DNA of 64,000 nucleotides from a virus: IMG/VR virus record IMGVR_UViG_3300028653_000010; one strand, 5' to 3'. Shown piece by piece: positions 48,601 to 58,294 of this stretch (position 1 is its first letter; each line of letters starts with the position of its first letter). The notes under the pieces were generated by a model. It saw only the letters and a program-made list of their open reading frames with translations, ran no database searches and was not told where the DNA came from. The position numbers and the translations under genes were made by a program.

Positions 48601-49639
48601 TACGGTAGGGGAACACCCTAGTACCATTGACTCCGTTTTCCCTATTCCATCTATTTGACACGAACTCAAGAGAGTTCATCCGGCGGATCTCAACCGTGGG
48701 GTCATTGATCCATGAATAGTCAACTGAGATAGTAGAGCCAGGTAATGGGGGGTCAAGAAGAACGATCTGCCCAAGAAGTCCTACAACCCTATCGACTAGA
48801 ACCGGGTTACCGTTGACAATAACTGACACATCTGATGGCTCGTTAGCAATGAACCCATTTCTATGGTCAACTATTGACCATACATTAGAAATGATGTTGT
48901 TGCTTGGATCAGTCGCCGGAGCCCTAAAGCTGGCTTGAACCTTGACTCTGGTTGGGCTGATAACCGCTAGAATCTTGTAATCGCCACCGTTAACAGGGTC
49001 TACTGTCGAAGTAGCAGCCTCTAGCCTAAGATATAGGCCGACATGAGTTGAATCCAAGCTGGCCCCAGGAACAACTACCTCACTTGTAGTTACAGTTCCG
49101 AAGAATCGGACTGGAGTCGTCTGAACTGACCATTGACTACCAGACTGTACAATCAGCTCGGGTTTGGTAATCGGACCCTTATTAGTGAAGATGGATCGAT
49201 AGGGGTAAGGGATCAGAGCTTGGAAGGTAGCTGTGTTAGCCCCGAAGATGACAAGATCCAAGTCAGTAGAGTGAACAGCACCAGTGACAGTCACGATATA
49301 AGTACCAGCCACAATACCAGACACATACAAGGCCACAACTTTAGAGTCTGCCGTGAACACTCCGAGGATGGTCACAGCTGAAGGCCCAGAGAATGAGTAT
49401 GAGGCTGGGTCGAGTAAGACCGAATCAACCATCATATCTTTGCTGAACTTGACTAGTACGATGCTACTACTTAGAAGTAACTCTGCTGAATCAACAAATA
49501 GTGCTGAGGCTACTGCGTTGGCATGCAGGTTAGATGACCCTTGGAAGGTTATTGACAGAGTGGTAGCCGTTGCACCAACCCCCAAGAGGATATTGCCAGG
49601 CTGACTACTAGATGTTCCGAGTATTCCTGTAAAGGCCAT
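45686..49639 (-). CDS. virion structural protein with Ig-like and LamG/ConA-like beta domains
   Basis: Repeated W...H.Y(R/Q)...(F/Y)(V/I)D(G) segments; N-terminal Ig-like region. Confidence 0.7.
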   Translation of the reverse strand: MAFTGILGTSSSQPGNILLGVGATATTLSITFQGSSNLHANAVASALFVDSAELLLSSSIVLVKFSKDMMVDSVLLDPASYSFSGPSAVTILGVFTADSKVVALYVSGIVAGTYIVTVTGAVHSTDLDLVIFGANTATFQALIPYPYRSIFTNKGPITKPELIVQSGSQWSVQTTPVRFFGTVTTSEVVVPGASLDSTHVGLYLRLEAATSTVDPVNGGDYKILAVISPTRVKVQASFRAPATDPSNNIISNVWSIVDHRNGFIANEPSDVSVIVNGNPVLVDRVVGLLGQIVLLDPPLPGSTISVDYSWINDPTVEIRRMNSLEFVSNRWNRENGVNGTRVFPYRNAIQSTRGAQARISDDDIRAPKPQPKLRELFYRAYERAYTALSNDPTSLLLNTPKNRVAFPPLSRQISQVSVAYDANSLPEADSANPWQRVGTGTASVTGGILTVISNTIGPFPEGQPFYWSRGVDLTFPHAYATTWRLRVDATTPDGVFTGLCTGWSDSNRAVILGYLLDGGVRKIGFLTRGNGNNPTLITAWSGGVDSLGNPTGLPFTFDWSVLHSYRLFRDTSGVVRFYVDGEVVASLAISEDQLPFLEELNDSFNEIQNIFFGALSRGATSRSAWDFVHYLVLPTNPQQSVPSSFASYIPTLLPEDASPPWTPVGYHGNESLLGGALVLDSTSATDLPTSQEVGLVGGDFKGFTRIEPLLGTTSNTVLDFEVSLRTFTHGITPNAVMVAIDDGNRLVQVCFFPTTPQPKVSYPGRSLPQEATPRSWTSLGGAPVVMVGRTLRISDNSLVDGRVFAIDDLEISSSVNRIFSASIDYYYEFKCAVLSSTPDLTSDQFCGATSDVYDGTKTIGVMLRKTPVPEVALHSDGLVLASFPFNWDDHQPHIYRVAKNTAADLVILFVDGTLLGSFAYSGFTTVSPVSTPILSFGSSTASSSQSLSVVDWYYVNGWRSQNPTGVSHYVGIWKGADSNSLLGYYLPLKAKGSARTAGNQLTDLLADFVASGVQGGDDVIIDFGANRGVYSVFLVSTNTITFTNQFPQPGHTIVEYRIPSQLEWTMDHTYQLLRDPGGFVGLFIDSSTTPIIQIEYNNTTLPSSSLGLPGQFNRGLPSVTWGAFDPTNLSQTAWSFLQYGITRAPIEVKAVPPHQVSNQRNVMSSPEHLFGKVAHNHTQYSSASTGVPYLWEEYVNNPNVHAFTQLNDGTPLVPSTQTYDVRKKSIPPFPPYGATGFGGAALGVDGFGFGPLGNVPSLRVRFNVPDGVLYNRLEVIERSSGEPDLLSAFSDDQVSMVFDPPVVSLSISFSGDSGLDL

Positions 49640-49647
49640 CTGTCCTC

Positions 49648-50460
49648 TTAGAAGTCACCTGTGTGGTCTTCGCCTATCACGAGTTGATTGACCTTTCGAC
49701 CCAAGCGATCTTGATCTAGTAACCCATGTGAGTACACCCTAAAGTCATCGTAGTAGTAACTTGATAGACTACCCCTCGAAGCATCCAAGATCCCAAGCCC
49801 ACCATTTGGATTGTATTGATCAGTGAATACATACCGAATCTTGAATAAGGTGTGCGCGGGCCGAATGATATTCAATATGAGACGAACGTTGGCTTCGAGA
49901 GTGAAGGTGTCCGTTGGGAACCCAGTCACAGTGTCGGTAACGTCGACTTGAAACCCAAACTCATCGGAGATGTCAAAACCTGAGGCAGGTAACCTAGCCT
50001 GCAGGAAGTTCTCTGTGAAGGTCAGGGCACCAGTGAAGAACAACTGAACACCTTGAACCATTGCCTTGGGGATTGAACCCTCAAAGTAGATCCCGATCAC
50101 ATTGAGTAGAAACTGCCTGAACTGCTCATCATCATAGTTGGTCGTCGGCAAGTGACCATCCATGAAGACCATGTATCCGATCAGTGTATAGAGGAAATCA
50201 GTACGAGTTGTCTCAAAGTCTATGTCAAACTTGACATCCTCTAGCGCCAACTCCAAGCGAGCCAGCTCCAAAGCGACGGCCTTGACTTCAACTGAATAGT
50301 TTGGGCCTTCTATCGTCGAGATGTAGTTGCTAGGCAGAAGGTCGAGCAAATTCTTGAATATACTCTGAGTTCTTTGAATAAGGCGTAGGTTGTACTCCTT
50401 ACCATCTTGATCAACCGTATGGTTGAGCCGATCTGGGTCATTTACAAATCGATCAGCCAT
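49648..50460 (-). CDS. baseplate protein (P2 gpI-like)
   Basis: LLPSNY..., IIRPAHT motif; follows the baseplate J-like gene. Confidence 0.65.
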   Translation of the reverse strand: MADRFVNDPDRLNHTVDQDGKEYNLRLIQRTQSIFKNLLDLLPSNYISTIEGPNYSVEVKAVALELARLELALEDVKFDIDFETTRTDFLYTLIGYMVFMDGHLPTTNYDDEQFRQFLLNVIGIYFEGSIPKAMVQGVQLFFTGALTFTENFLQARLPASGFDISDEFGFQVDVTDTVTGFPTDTFTLEANVRLILNIIRPAHTLFKIRYVFTDQYNPNGGLGILDASRGSLSSYYYDDFRVYSHGLLDQDRLGRKVNQLVIGEDHTGDF

Positions 50461-53400
50461 TACATAGCCTGTGCATAGGTGATTGTGAAGTTGCCCAAGG
50501 TGATGAACTCAACACTGGTGGCTGGGATATCATGCGACCCGGAGTCCCCACGAATGACGTAGGAAACCGTGTAGAAGTGATCAGTTGGTAGGTCAGGAAT
50601 AACCCCAAAGCCGGCCAATGAAAAGACTATGTGATTTGCAGTCCTTCTTAGGAGCTCCGCTTGTTGCGTGCTCGAGGTGGTGAAGCCCGCGGCTACCAAG
50701 GTAGCCGTATCAGTGTACCCGTTGATAACGGCCCCTCCCGCTCCAATGATGAATGCTTGCTGAGGGGCGAGAGCTACCTGAGCAAGAGCACCCACCAGTA
50801 GCATAGCCTCGTCATCTTGGAAAACTCCCTTGTGCTCAGTAACAAGGCCACCACCATCCGTCGTTGGGAAAGCAAGTGGATTGGTCAAGAGATAGGCAAC
50901 GTTGCTCCCATGGTCCAATGAGCTGAGGTGCAGATAGGCCGACGTAAGAGACTCACGAAGCTTCCTAGACCCATCTGCGTAGGCCATGCGAGCCAAGGGT
51001 ACCACTGGGAAGTCAACACCCTGGGACTCGTCAATCGCATGAATGACATCACCCTGAGCCAAGCCACGTCCAATGAGCCTCTGATCCGTCTCCAAACTGG
51101 TATTGGTACGAATGTCAGGATCAGCCTTATCCTTCGTGGCCCCTACAAGCAACTGGACCGTGGTCTCAAGGGTGATTGAGTTCTCGATAGCCTGCTTGAT
51201 GATCACATCCGCCGTCGTGTGCCGCTTGCTATTCACCGTCCGCTGAAGCTGTTGCAGCAAGTCATTAATCACATAATTGACTGTGAAGTTCTCGTCGTGT
51301 GAGTAATCCACCGAGACTGTAGCCCCGTTGACAATGTCTGAAGTAGCGGTCCTCAGGATCTTGGCAGGAGTGGTTGCTCCGCCTTCGAGTACCTCATAAT
51401 CCGGAATCGTAGCATCAGGGCCGTCATACTCGATAGACCGATCTGCACTGAATACACGAATACTCTTGGTATTAATGCCAATACTTCCGAGGGGTATTGG
51501 TTGAGCACCAACCAATACGTGATTCTCATTGTTGACTTGGATGCTAGCGCCCGAGGGGATACCACCTACCTGGTTGATTGACAGGTAGTCGGTGGAAATC
51601 GTGCTCTCACCCTCCAACAGAGGATCAGCAGTCTTATAGAGATTGTAGCCTAAGGTGCTGTTCAAAGCACCGGACACCTCTCCAACTACGGACACTACTC
51701 GACGCACAGGCTGAAAGGTGAAGGTGAATTGGTTGACACTTCGGAAACGATAGTCAGCTGTTACAACATCATCGAAGTTGGTGACTACTTGACCAGGGAT
51801 GCTCGCATCTACCTGGAAGGTCTGGTAGTCAATGATGATAACTCCTGTGAGCAAATAATTGAGACCCTGAGTGACGTTACGAACTCCGAACCCAAGAGTG
51901 AGGTTGTCAAGAATCTCTGTGATAGGGGTTGTCGAGGTTACCCGACTATCTTGGACTCGGAAGATGAGGTTGGTGGCGTCCAATACAATGCAGGTGATAT
52001 CCCTCGCGATATCGTAGGTAAATGCAAACCTCTCGGATACCTGACGCTCCTGAGTACCCTGAATCCAAATATCAACCTTGCCACCGATGTGCTTGTGCCT
52101 AACCTCATCGTAATCGCGCATCATCAGCTCGTCGCCGCTCTTGACGATCTTGGACTTAACGATACCTACCTGCTCAGCTGAAGTTGAGGCATACCCTCCG
52201 GCGGTACCAGTATCTACTGAGTAACCTAGCATACATCGAGTTGCTAGGTCTGAATTGCTCTCTCGGTCTGACCCAAAGACAGTAGCGTCGTTGTTAACAA
52301 CCTGAAAACCTGAGACACCCTGAACACTTGTGATCTGCCCAGCAGGTCTATTCCCATCAGACCCCACTGTCTCAGCGATGATGTCTACGGTAATCTCGTA
52401 CTGTTTAGTGTCGAAGTTGTAGTAGGTGTCTGCGATAGCTGCAGACATTAGGTATGACCCACCAACTCGGAACCTCACTGAAGGGATACCGAGAGACGAG
52501 TCAGCATTTGTCGTTACAATCGTACCTGTTGGGATAGGCAGGTCGAACGAGGGGCGGGTCGGAGTGTAGAAAACCTCTTGACCAAAGGCTGGACGCCCTG
52601 GCAACCGAGACTTGTTGATGTTCCCTGCGAGCTTGTCGAAAGCTGAATCAATTAGGCTTTGAACAGCATCGTTTGTTGAGTATCCGAGAGCCGCTTTGAG
52701 GGCAGTCTTGTAGGCGCTACCATCTACCGGATCCGAAACCCCATCACCATTGGCATCATCAATCTGGAGAAGAGTCAGGAAGCTCTGAGTACGATTGACG
52801 AAGTCTATGAGGAAGTAGAGCCTTTCAGCTTCTGAACTGAAAGGGTCGATTGAGACATCTCTCGTGGTTGACCCTGGAATAAGTCCAATTTCAGCATTCA
52901 CCCTTTGGACGGCAGTTACATAGTCAGTAACCACCTGAAACTGAGTGCGACCAGGTAATGATCGTACCGAGGTGTCAATGATCAGTGGACTCCCGAGCAC
53001 CTCTTGAGAGAAAGCGCTCTCTACCTCTGAACTAGTCAGTGGATCAAAGTACACTCCAGTCACGACATAGTAGAGAGGATCGGTATCAGCTACCCCAGAC
53101 CACTGGTCGTCATTGATGCTATCCGGTGTCCCAGAACGAACGTGCTCAAATCCAATGAACTCAGTTAGCGAGTAGTCTTCAAAGGTTGAGGTGAATCGAA
53201 TCTTGTTGCTATAGACCGACGTGTCATACGTCCGATCCAACTTAGTAGCAATAGTGTTTCCGAACTCATCCTTACTAACCACACTGACTGCTAGGAACTG
53301 ATCCCCCGCATCGAATATTGTCTGATCGGAGGCAAACTGATTGGCATTCTCCTCAAAGATCGTGGACTTCGCGGAGACCGTAGTTGCATTAATCTTATAG

Positions 53401-53906
53401 TACCCAGTGGTACCACCAGCTGAGGTTGAGGCGTAGAAGTTGTAACCAACAAAGTTGGTCGGAAGCGGTATTCCTGCAGTACTGAAGCGCTGGACTGGGA
53501 GAGCTGATAGAACCCGAACTGAACCCCTTAGCCTTCGCATGCGGATACCGGAAGGAGTCTCCACTTGGAGTACGTCAGATTGGCTAATGAGGGTCGCCTG
53601 GACTGTAGAAGGGACGCTCACCCCTCCAACAATGTCAATAGTACGGACCTGAATAGTATTGATCCCGGGACTAAGAGCTAGACCATCAGGGTAACTGTTC
53701 AGGTTAGGAATGGTGAAACTTGGGAGGTTGAAGTCAACGAGAGTCGAGTCCGAGACGAAGGCAGCACCATTGATAGATACTTGGATGTCAGAGGTCGAGC
53801 TATCGACCTTACCCTGAATCACAATGGATTCTTGATTAGTCGTGAAAACAAGGTTCGTAGTGTAACCAGAACCATCCCGGAGCAAGATCTGTGGTGCGGT
53901 AGCCAT
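50460..53906 (-). CDS. baseplate J-like wedge protein
   Basis: PGSTTRDV.IDP, AETVGSDGN, GSDRESNSDLATR, GGKVDIWI. Confidence 0.8.
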   Translation of the reverse strand: MATAPQILLRDGSGYTTNLVFTTNQESIVIQGKVDSSTSDIQVSINGAAFVSDSTLVDFNLPSFTIPNLNSYPDGLALSPGINTIQVRTIDIVGGVSVPSTVQATLISQSDVLQVETPSGIRMRRLRGSVRVLSALPVQRFSTAGIPLPTNFVGYNFYASTSAGGTTGYYKINATTVSAKSTIFEENANQFASDQTIFDAGDQFLAVSVVSKDEFGNTIATKLDRTYDTSVYSNKIRFTSTFEDYSLTEFIGFEHVRSGTPDSINDDQWSGVADTDPLYYVVTGVYFDPLTSSEVESAFSQEVLGSPLIIDTSVRSLPGRTQFQVVTDYVTAVQRVNAEIGLIPGSTTRDVSIDPFSSEAERLYFLIDFVNRTQSFLTLLQIDDANGDGVSDPVDGSAYKTALKAALGYSTNDAVQSLIDSAFDKLAGNINKSRLPGRPAFGQEVFYTPTRPSFDLPIPTGTIVTTNADSSLGIPSVRFRVGGSYLMSAAIADTYYNFDTKQYEITVDIIAETVGSDGNRPAGQITSVQGVSGFQVVNNDATVFGSDRESNSDLATRCMLGYSVDTGTAGGYASTSAEQVGIVKSKIVKSGDELMMRDYDEVRHKHIGGKVDIWIQGTQERQVSERFAFTYDIARDITCIVLDATNLIFRVQDSRVTSTTPITEILDNLTLGFGVRNVTQGLNYLLTGVIIIDYQTFQVDASIPGQVVTNFDDVVTADYRFRSVNQFTFTFQPVRRVVSVVGEVSGALNSTLGYNLYKTADPLLEGESTISTDYLSINQVGGIPSGASIQVNNENHVLVGAQPIPLGSIGINTKSIRVFSADRSIEYDGPDATIPDYEVLEGGATTPAKILRTATSDIVNGATVSVDYSHDENFTVNYVINDLLQQLQRTVNSKRHTTADVIIKQAIENSITLETTVQLLVGATKDKADPDIRTNTSLETDQRLIGRGLAQGDVIHAIDESQGVDFPVVPLARMAYADGSRKLRESLTSAYLHLSSLDHGSNVAYLLTNPLAFPTTDGGGLVTEHKGVFQDDEAMLLVGALAQVALAPQQAFIIGAGGAVINGYTDTATLVAAGFTTSSTQQAELLRRTANHIVFSLAGFGVIPDLPTDHFYTVSYVIRGDSGSHDIPATSVEFITLGNFTITYAQAM

Positions 53907-53914
53907 ACTACGCC

Positions 53915-55051
53915 TTATTGAACTAATGAGTACTTTTGTAAGTTGTTGACGATCTCTTGTTGAGCCGTCGCGCCTAGTAGGTTATTTGGGTATGGAAGCC
54001 GCAACCCACGTGTTAGTTGGATTGGTTTCAGGGATCTATTTGAAACTGTGGCAGTAATGAACAGAACTGTCGGGTCATCCTGGCTCTGCTCCAATGCCAC
54101 CCCTTGCAATTGGAACGGGAACTCCTCATCAGAGACAGCTTGACCTACCGTCTCCTCCTGTTGTTTCTTGATGGATTGCCAGCGACCGAAAGCAGTGTTG
54201 ATGTCTGAGATGATTCGATTCTGAAGAATCCCACCAACTACGAGCTTCTCACCAATTTGGTCAATGATTCTAGTACCATACCAGTTGTGGAATGAGTTAG
54301 TACCAGTGATAGTGTAGATGATCTTCTGTAACTCCTGAATCAGGAGTATCTCGTCACGTACTTGATTGACTTCCCCAGTAACACCGTAGCGCCAATCGTT
54401 CTCGATTCCAAGACCACCACACCTACGACACTCTTGACGAACGGTAGTGTAGTTGATCTCCAGGAAGTTGAGATCCGCTTGAAGTGGCTCATCAAAGACA
54501 ATCAAGCGCAGAGGGCGATCCGCTAGAGTGCCTGTCTTATTGACCAGAGCCCACCCAGGGAACACCTTCTTACCATTGAAATGTCGGTTGACTGGGATCC
54601 CGAGTAGCGTTGCCAGGGTACTCGTCGAGTCAAGAAAGGCGGTCGCATCCTTACCAAGTAAGTTGGACCGGAAGAGCATTTTGTTATTTTGAGTGTAGAA
54701 CTGCAGCCCATTCACTCTTGTGTTGATGGATAGTGCCAGGTGATCTGGTTGAATTCGAAGTCCACTCGGAATCCTAACATCCTGCCAAGGATCGTTACCA
54801 ACCCTGAACCTCAACCTATCATTGACCCCAGCTATGATCGTGAAAGGACCAGAACGAGTCCCACCAGACTGCGCCGGAGTTTCAACCCCATAGGAGGGGA
54901 TCTCAGCAACACCATTGGCTCGAACCACAACTGAATTGGATGAGGCGATGGGTCGCAACGGAGTAGCCACCTGCCTGTCCCCACGCATTAGCAGATACTC
55001 TTCAGCTACCAAATGAGTGCATAACTGCTCTAATTGGCGGTCATAGCTCAT
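53915..55051 (-). CDS. baseplate wedge protein with gp25-like C-terminal domain
   Basis: LIQELQKIIYT..G.N.FH.WYGT pattern; CRRCGG. Confidence 0.65.
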   Translation of the reverse strand: MSYDRQLEQLCTHLVAEEYLLMRGDRQVATPLRPIASSNSVVVRANGVAEIPSYGVETPAQSGGTRSGPFTIIAGVNDRLRFRVGNDPWQDVRIPSGLRIQPDHLALSINTRVNGLQFYTQNNKMLFRSNLLGKDATAFLDSTSTLATLLGIPVNRHFNGKKVFPGWALVNKTGTLADRPLRLIVFDEPLQADLNFLEINYTTVRQECRRCGGLGIENDWRYGVTGEVNQVRDEILLIQELQKIIYTITGTNSFHNWYGTRIIDQIGEKLVVGGILQNRIISDINTAFGRWQSIKKQQEETVGQAVSDEEFPFQLQGVALEQSQDDPTVLFITATVSNRSLKPIQLTRGLRLPYPNNLLGATAQQEIVNNLQKYSLVQ

Positions 55052-55797
55052 GTATTTGACCCTCCACCGGAAGTCGTATAGCCATCGGAGCCGCGCTCGA
55101 ACGATGGCCCATCTGTCGGCGCACGAGTACCACCCTGGTCGTAGGATGACATAGGAGCATGGGTGTACTTACCAAATGGGTCTTGCCCCTTGTCATCCGC
55201 AATAGCACGATAACTAGGATCAATGAACAACTGGTTTACCAGTGCTATGAGATTCTCAAGTGAGCCATCAGAATCAACTGATTTCTTGATAGCGTTGAGT
55301 TCGTTGACCTCATCCTGTAGCTGATCTGAGTAGTCTATGGCCCGCCGAATCTTGCGCTCAATCTTCTCAAGACGATCTAGGTTGCCCTCAGTCCAAGACC
55401 GCATTGAACGAACTGCATTACCAGAGTCACCATCAGATAGCCCTGGAAGAGGTAGAGGCTCACCATTGGAAAGTATCTTTGAGGTGGCTGTCTCGGTCCC
55501 CTTCAGATAGTAAACAGGATCGCTCTTGCTTCGTACTTGCAAGTCATAGAACGGATCCCCACCGAGAACCTCGTAAGCCGAAATGAGCTTGCCAATGTAG
55601 GTAGTAAATCCAGGGGATCCTGTTGAGTAGGATGTTGGTCTCCCTCCTGTATCGTAGGCAAATTGGAGGAATCCAACTCGTTGTTGCTCAATAGCCAAGT
55701 GCTTGATTCTAAAGTCGATATAAACCATCTGACTTCGCACATAAGTAGCGAGTCTGGTGAACTGCGACTTGTTGAAGGTCCCGAGAAAATCGAGCAT
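55048..55797 (-). CDS. hypothetical virion protein
   Basis: 249-aa ORF in the tail operon. Confidence 0.7.
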   Translation of the reverse strand: MLDFLGTFNKSQFTRLATYVRSQMVYIDFRIKHLAIEQQRVGFLQFAYDTGGRPTSYSTGSPGFTTYIGKLISAYEVLGGDPFYDLQVRSKSDPVYYLKGTETATSKILSNGEPLPLPGLSDGDSGNAVRSMRSWTEGNLDRLEKIERKIRRAIDYSDQLQDEVNELNAIKKSVDSDGSLENLIALVNQLFIDPSYRAIADDKGQDPFGKYTHAPMSSYDQGGTRAPTDGPSFERGSDGYTTSGGGSNT

Positions 55798-55800
55798 AGT

Positions 55801-55977
55801 TTATCCTACCTTTTTCTCGTGAGGTGCTTCGGCGTACTTATGAAGATACTTGATTGCTGAGGCTAGAATACTAGGAGAGTCCTTAGCAAACCCTATCATT
55901 CTATTGCAGCTACTGCACAGAATACCTCGTATAGCACCGGTACTAGGATGACAAGTAGCCTTCTTTTCGGTTTTCAT
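55801..55977 (-). pseudogene. internally deleted endonuclease VII-type homing endonuclease (58 aa, missing from the ORF track)
   Basis: MKTEKKATCHP-STGAIRGILCSSCNRMIGFAKDSPSILASAIKYL; the CxxC...DH part of the endo VII core is absent. Confidence 0.7.
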
Positions 55978-56003
55978 CTAAAACCTTCACCACACCATGA
56001 GCA

Positions 56004-58130
56004 TCAAAAGATAAGCCCGAAGGCTGTCACGAAAGCATCCACGTTAGTTCCAGCATAGGCGAGGCCAACTCCTGCAGAGTACCCGCCAGGACCTGAGGGG
56101 GGTTTCGTACCACCAGCGCTATCGATGGCCTTGATCCAGCCTGGAATACCCTCAGCCGTACTAGGGACATTCAAAAAGTAGAAGCCAGCTGAGAAGCTAT
56201 CAAGAAAATTCAGTATTTCTATTAGGTATTTTATGAATCTCTCTAGTACATCAATCTTCCTGACAACCGCATCGATGTATGACTTGATCTCGTCAACAGC
56301 TGACTTGAAAGCATCCGCAAGAGCATCAATTCGATTGAGTAGGTCGTAGATGAACTGTCCGCTCCAAGGTATGATGTCCCTTAGCAAACTGATGGATACC
56401 CAATCAACAGGTGTACCACCTAAGGTGAATGACTTGATAAAGTTGACAGCAGATAATAGGTTAAGCCTTGTATTCACGTCAGAGTAAGCTGCCGTGTACG
56501 TTGTGTACACGTCTGGGTCATACGTAGCGGGGAACTCACTCGGGATATCGTTGAAAGCCAAAACCATGGCTTGGATTGAAGTGTTGTTCCCCTTAAAGTT
56601 ACCCTCATTGGGGATCTGACGAGGTATTGCCCCTTGATACAAGTCCCTCATCGGAGACAGCATGGCGCTATTCTCAAGAAGAGAAGAACCTACCGTCTGA
56701 GCTAGTTGCGCCGCCGTCAGCTTGACCAATAGATAGTTCTGAGGGACGTCTGGGAAGTCCTTAGTGGTCGGGTCAGCTTCGACAGGGACAGGGAACGACA
56801 AGGGCAGTATCCGGGACATCGCCCCACCAATGTTGGTGAGAGAACCCCTGCCAACTTGGCTAGCCGGAGTGCCATTGATGGGTAGCCCATTCGAGTCGAA
56901 CTTAGAATCAGCATCAAGGGGTAGTTGAAACCCAATAGCGAAAGCCATCTTGAAGGTGGCTTCCAAGACAGCTATCACATCAAAGTTAGCTGGGATATTT
57001 GGAAGCCGACAGGTGAGGATCGGACTTGGGCGCCCCATGACCACCGGGTCGTTCGGGTCCGAGGTTGGCCATCGTTGGATCAGCTCATTGGTGGTGGCGT
57101 CTACTTCAGGATCAGGGAAATCAACAGTACCATCAGAACTGACAACAAGAGGACCACTGAAAGCCCTGATTCTGTAGTAGTAGGTGGTATCCTTGTCGAC
57201 CTCGCTGTCGATGTACCTGAACTTCCCAAGCTGTAAGAGTGAGAAGATTGAGGTAGCAGAACTTGGGTCAATGACGATGTACTTCTCGAACTGCCTGAAC
57301 ACATCCCCTTGTTCATCACGGACAATGACTTCCCGATTAATGGGCTTACCTGTCTTGTCCTCAAAGTTGGTCTCCGCACTCGCTGTCATCGGGATAGGGC
57401 CACCAGAGCGGCTGGTTCTCTCGATGAGCCAGCTCTGCGGTATCAGCTCACTGGAGACACTGGCTACTAGGTCATTGAATCCAGGATCTGGCGGGTACTG
57501 GTTAGTCGCTAGAGTCCACTCCAGAGCAAACCCCTTCAGAGTGGCTCCAAACACTGAGGCCACCTGCAGGATTGGATCAATATTGGTTCCGCCAGTTGCC
57601 CCAGGCTTGGTCCCAGCAGGGAATATACGAGCGTTGGCCGGCGCAGAGTACTTGGCTGCCGCAATCTCTTTCCCGAAGAACCTGAGAAGGATCTTCATCA
57701 GGCGCAACAGTCCAAAGACATTGGTTGCGTCTGCTACAATGAGAATGAAGCCACTCTGCATGCTTCCCGCAAGCGGCTGAGGGCGATAGGGATCCTTGGA
57801 ATCAAACAAAGACGCCTTGAAACGCTCTGTGAATGCTTGATACCCCCCCTTGTATAGGTCGAAGTTTGGGTCTCTCGTTGGGTTGGGTACGTCGAAGTAC
57901 CCGTACAACCCTGTCCGTTTCAAGCTCTCAAACAACTGCTGAATGATAGCTAGGAGGGCAACTACTAACGGACGAATAGGGTTCCCGAAGTCAATCAAGA
58001 ACAAGCTGATCGTGTTGAGGAGAGCCTTGATGATCTCAAGAAACGTGACTAGAACCTCAAGGACCGAACGAACTGACTCCAGTTCTTCCTTCCCTGGGAT
58101 CTTGATTTCTAAGGCCTTCCAGTCTGACAT
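56004..58130 (-). CDS. hypothetical virion/baseplate protein with FN3-like segment
   Basis: YIDSEVDKDTTYYYRIRAF; helical termini. Confidence 0.7.
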   Translation of the reverse strand: MSDWKALEIKIPGKEELESVRSVLEVLVTFLEIIKALLNTISLFLIDFGNPIRPLVVALLAIIQQLFESLKRTGLYGYFDVPNPTRDPNFDLYKGGYQAFTERFKASLFDSKDPYRPQPLAGSMQSGFILIVADATNVFGLLRLMKILLRFFGKEIAAAKYSAPANARIFPAGTKPGATGGTNIDPILQVASVFGATLKGFALEWTLATNQYPPDPGFNDLVASVSSELIPQSWLIERTSRSGGPIPMTASAETNFEDKTGKPINREVIVRDEQGDVFRQFEKYIVIDPSSATSIFSLLQLGKFRYIDSEVDKDTTYYYRIRAFSGPLVVSSDGTVDFPDPEVDATTNELIQRWPTSDPNDPVVMGRPSPILTCRLPNIPANFDVIAVLEATFKMAFAIGFQLPLDADSKFDSNGLPINGTPASQVGRGSLTNIGGAMSRILPLSFPVPVEADPTTKDFPDVPQNYLLVKLTAAQLAQTVGSSLLENSAMLSPMRDLYQGAIPRQIPNEGNFKGNNTSIQAMVLAFNDIPSEFPATYDPDVYTTYTAAYSDVNTRLNLLSAVNFIKSFTLGGTPVDWVSISLLRDIIPWSGQFIYDLLNRIDALADAFKSAVDEIKSYIDAVVRKIDVLERFIKYLIEILNFLDSFSAGFYFLNVPSTAEGIPGWIKAIDSAGGTKPPSGPGGYSAGVGLAYAGTNVDAFVTAFGLIF

Positions 58131-58132
58131 GA

Positions 58133-58294
58133 TTAACTTCCGTAGGTGAGACGATCTAGTTTACGCCGTAGGTTAGAGAGTTCTTGCTCAGAAGCAACAG
58201 CCGTCGCCTTCACTGCTGCTTTGAGTTGAGTGACGATTCCGAACTCTTCTTTGTACTTCCACTCAGGAGGTGGATCTTGCTTCTCATCTGGCAT
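58133..58294 (-). CDS. 53-aa small protein missing from the ORF track (MPDEKQDPPPEWKY...)
   Basis: Fills the gap exactly; TAATG coupling to the upstream gene; coiled-coil-like. Confidence 0.7.
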   Translation of the reverse strand: MPDEKQDPPPEWKYKEEFGIVTQLKAAVKATAVASEQELSNLRRKLDRLTYGS

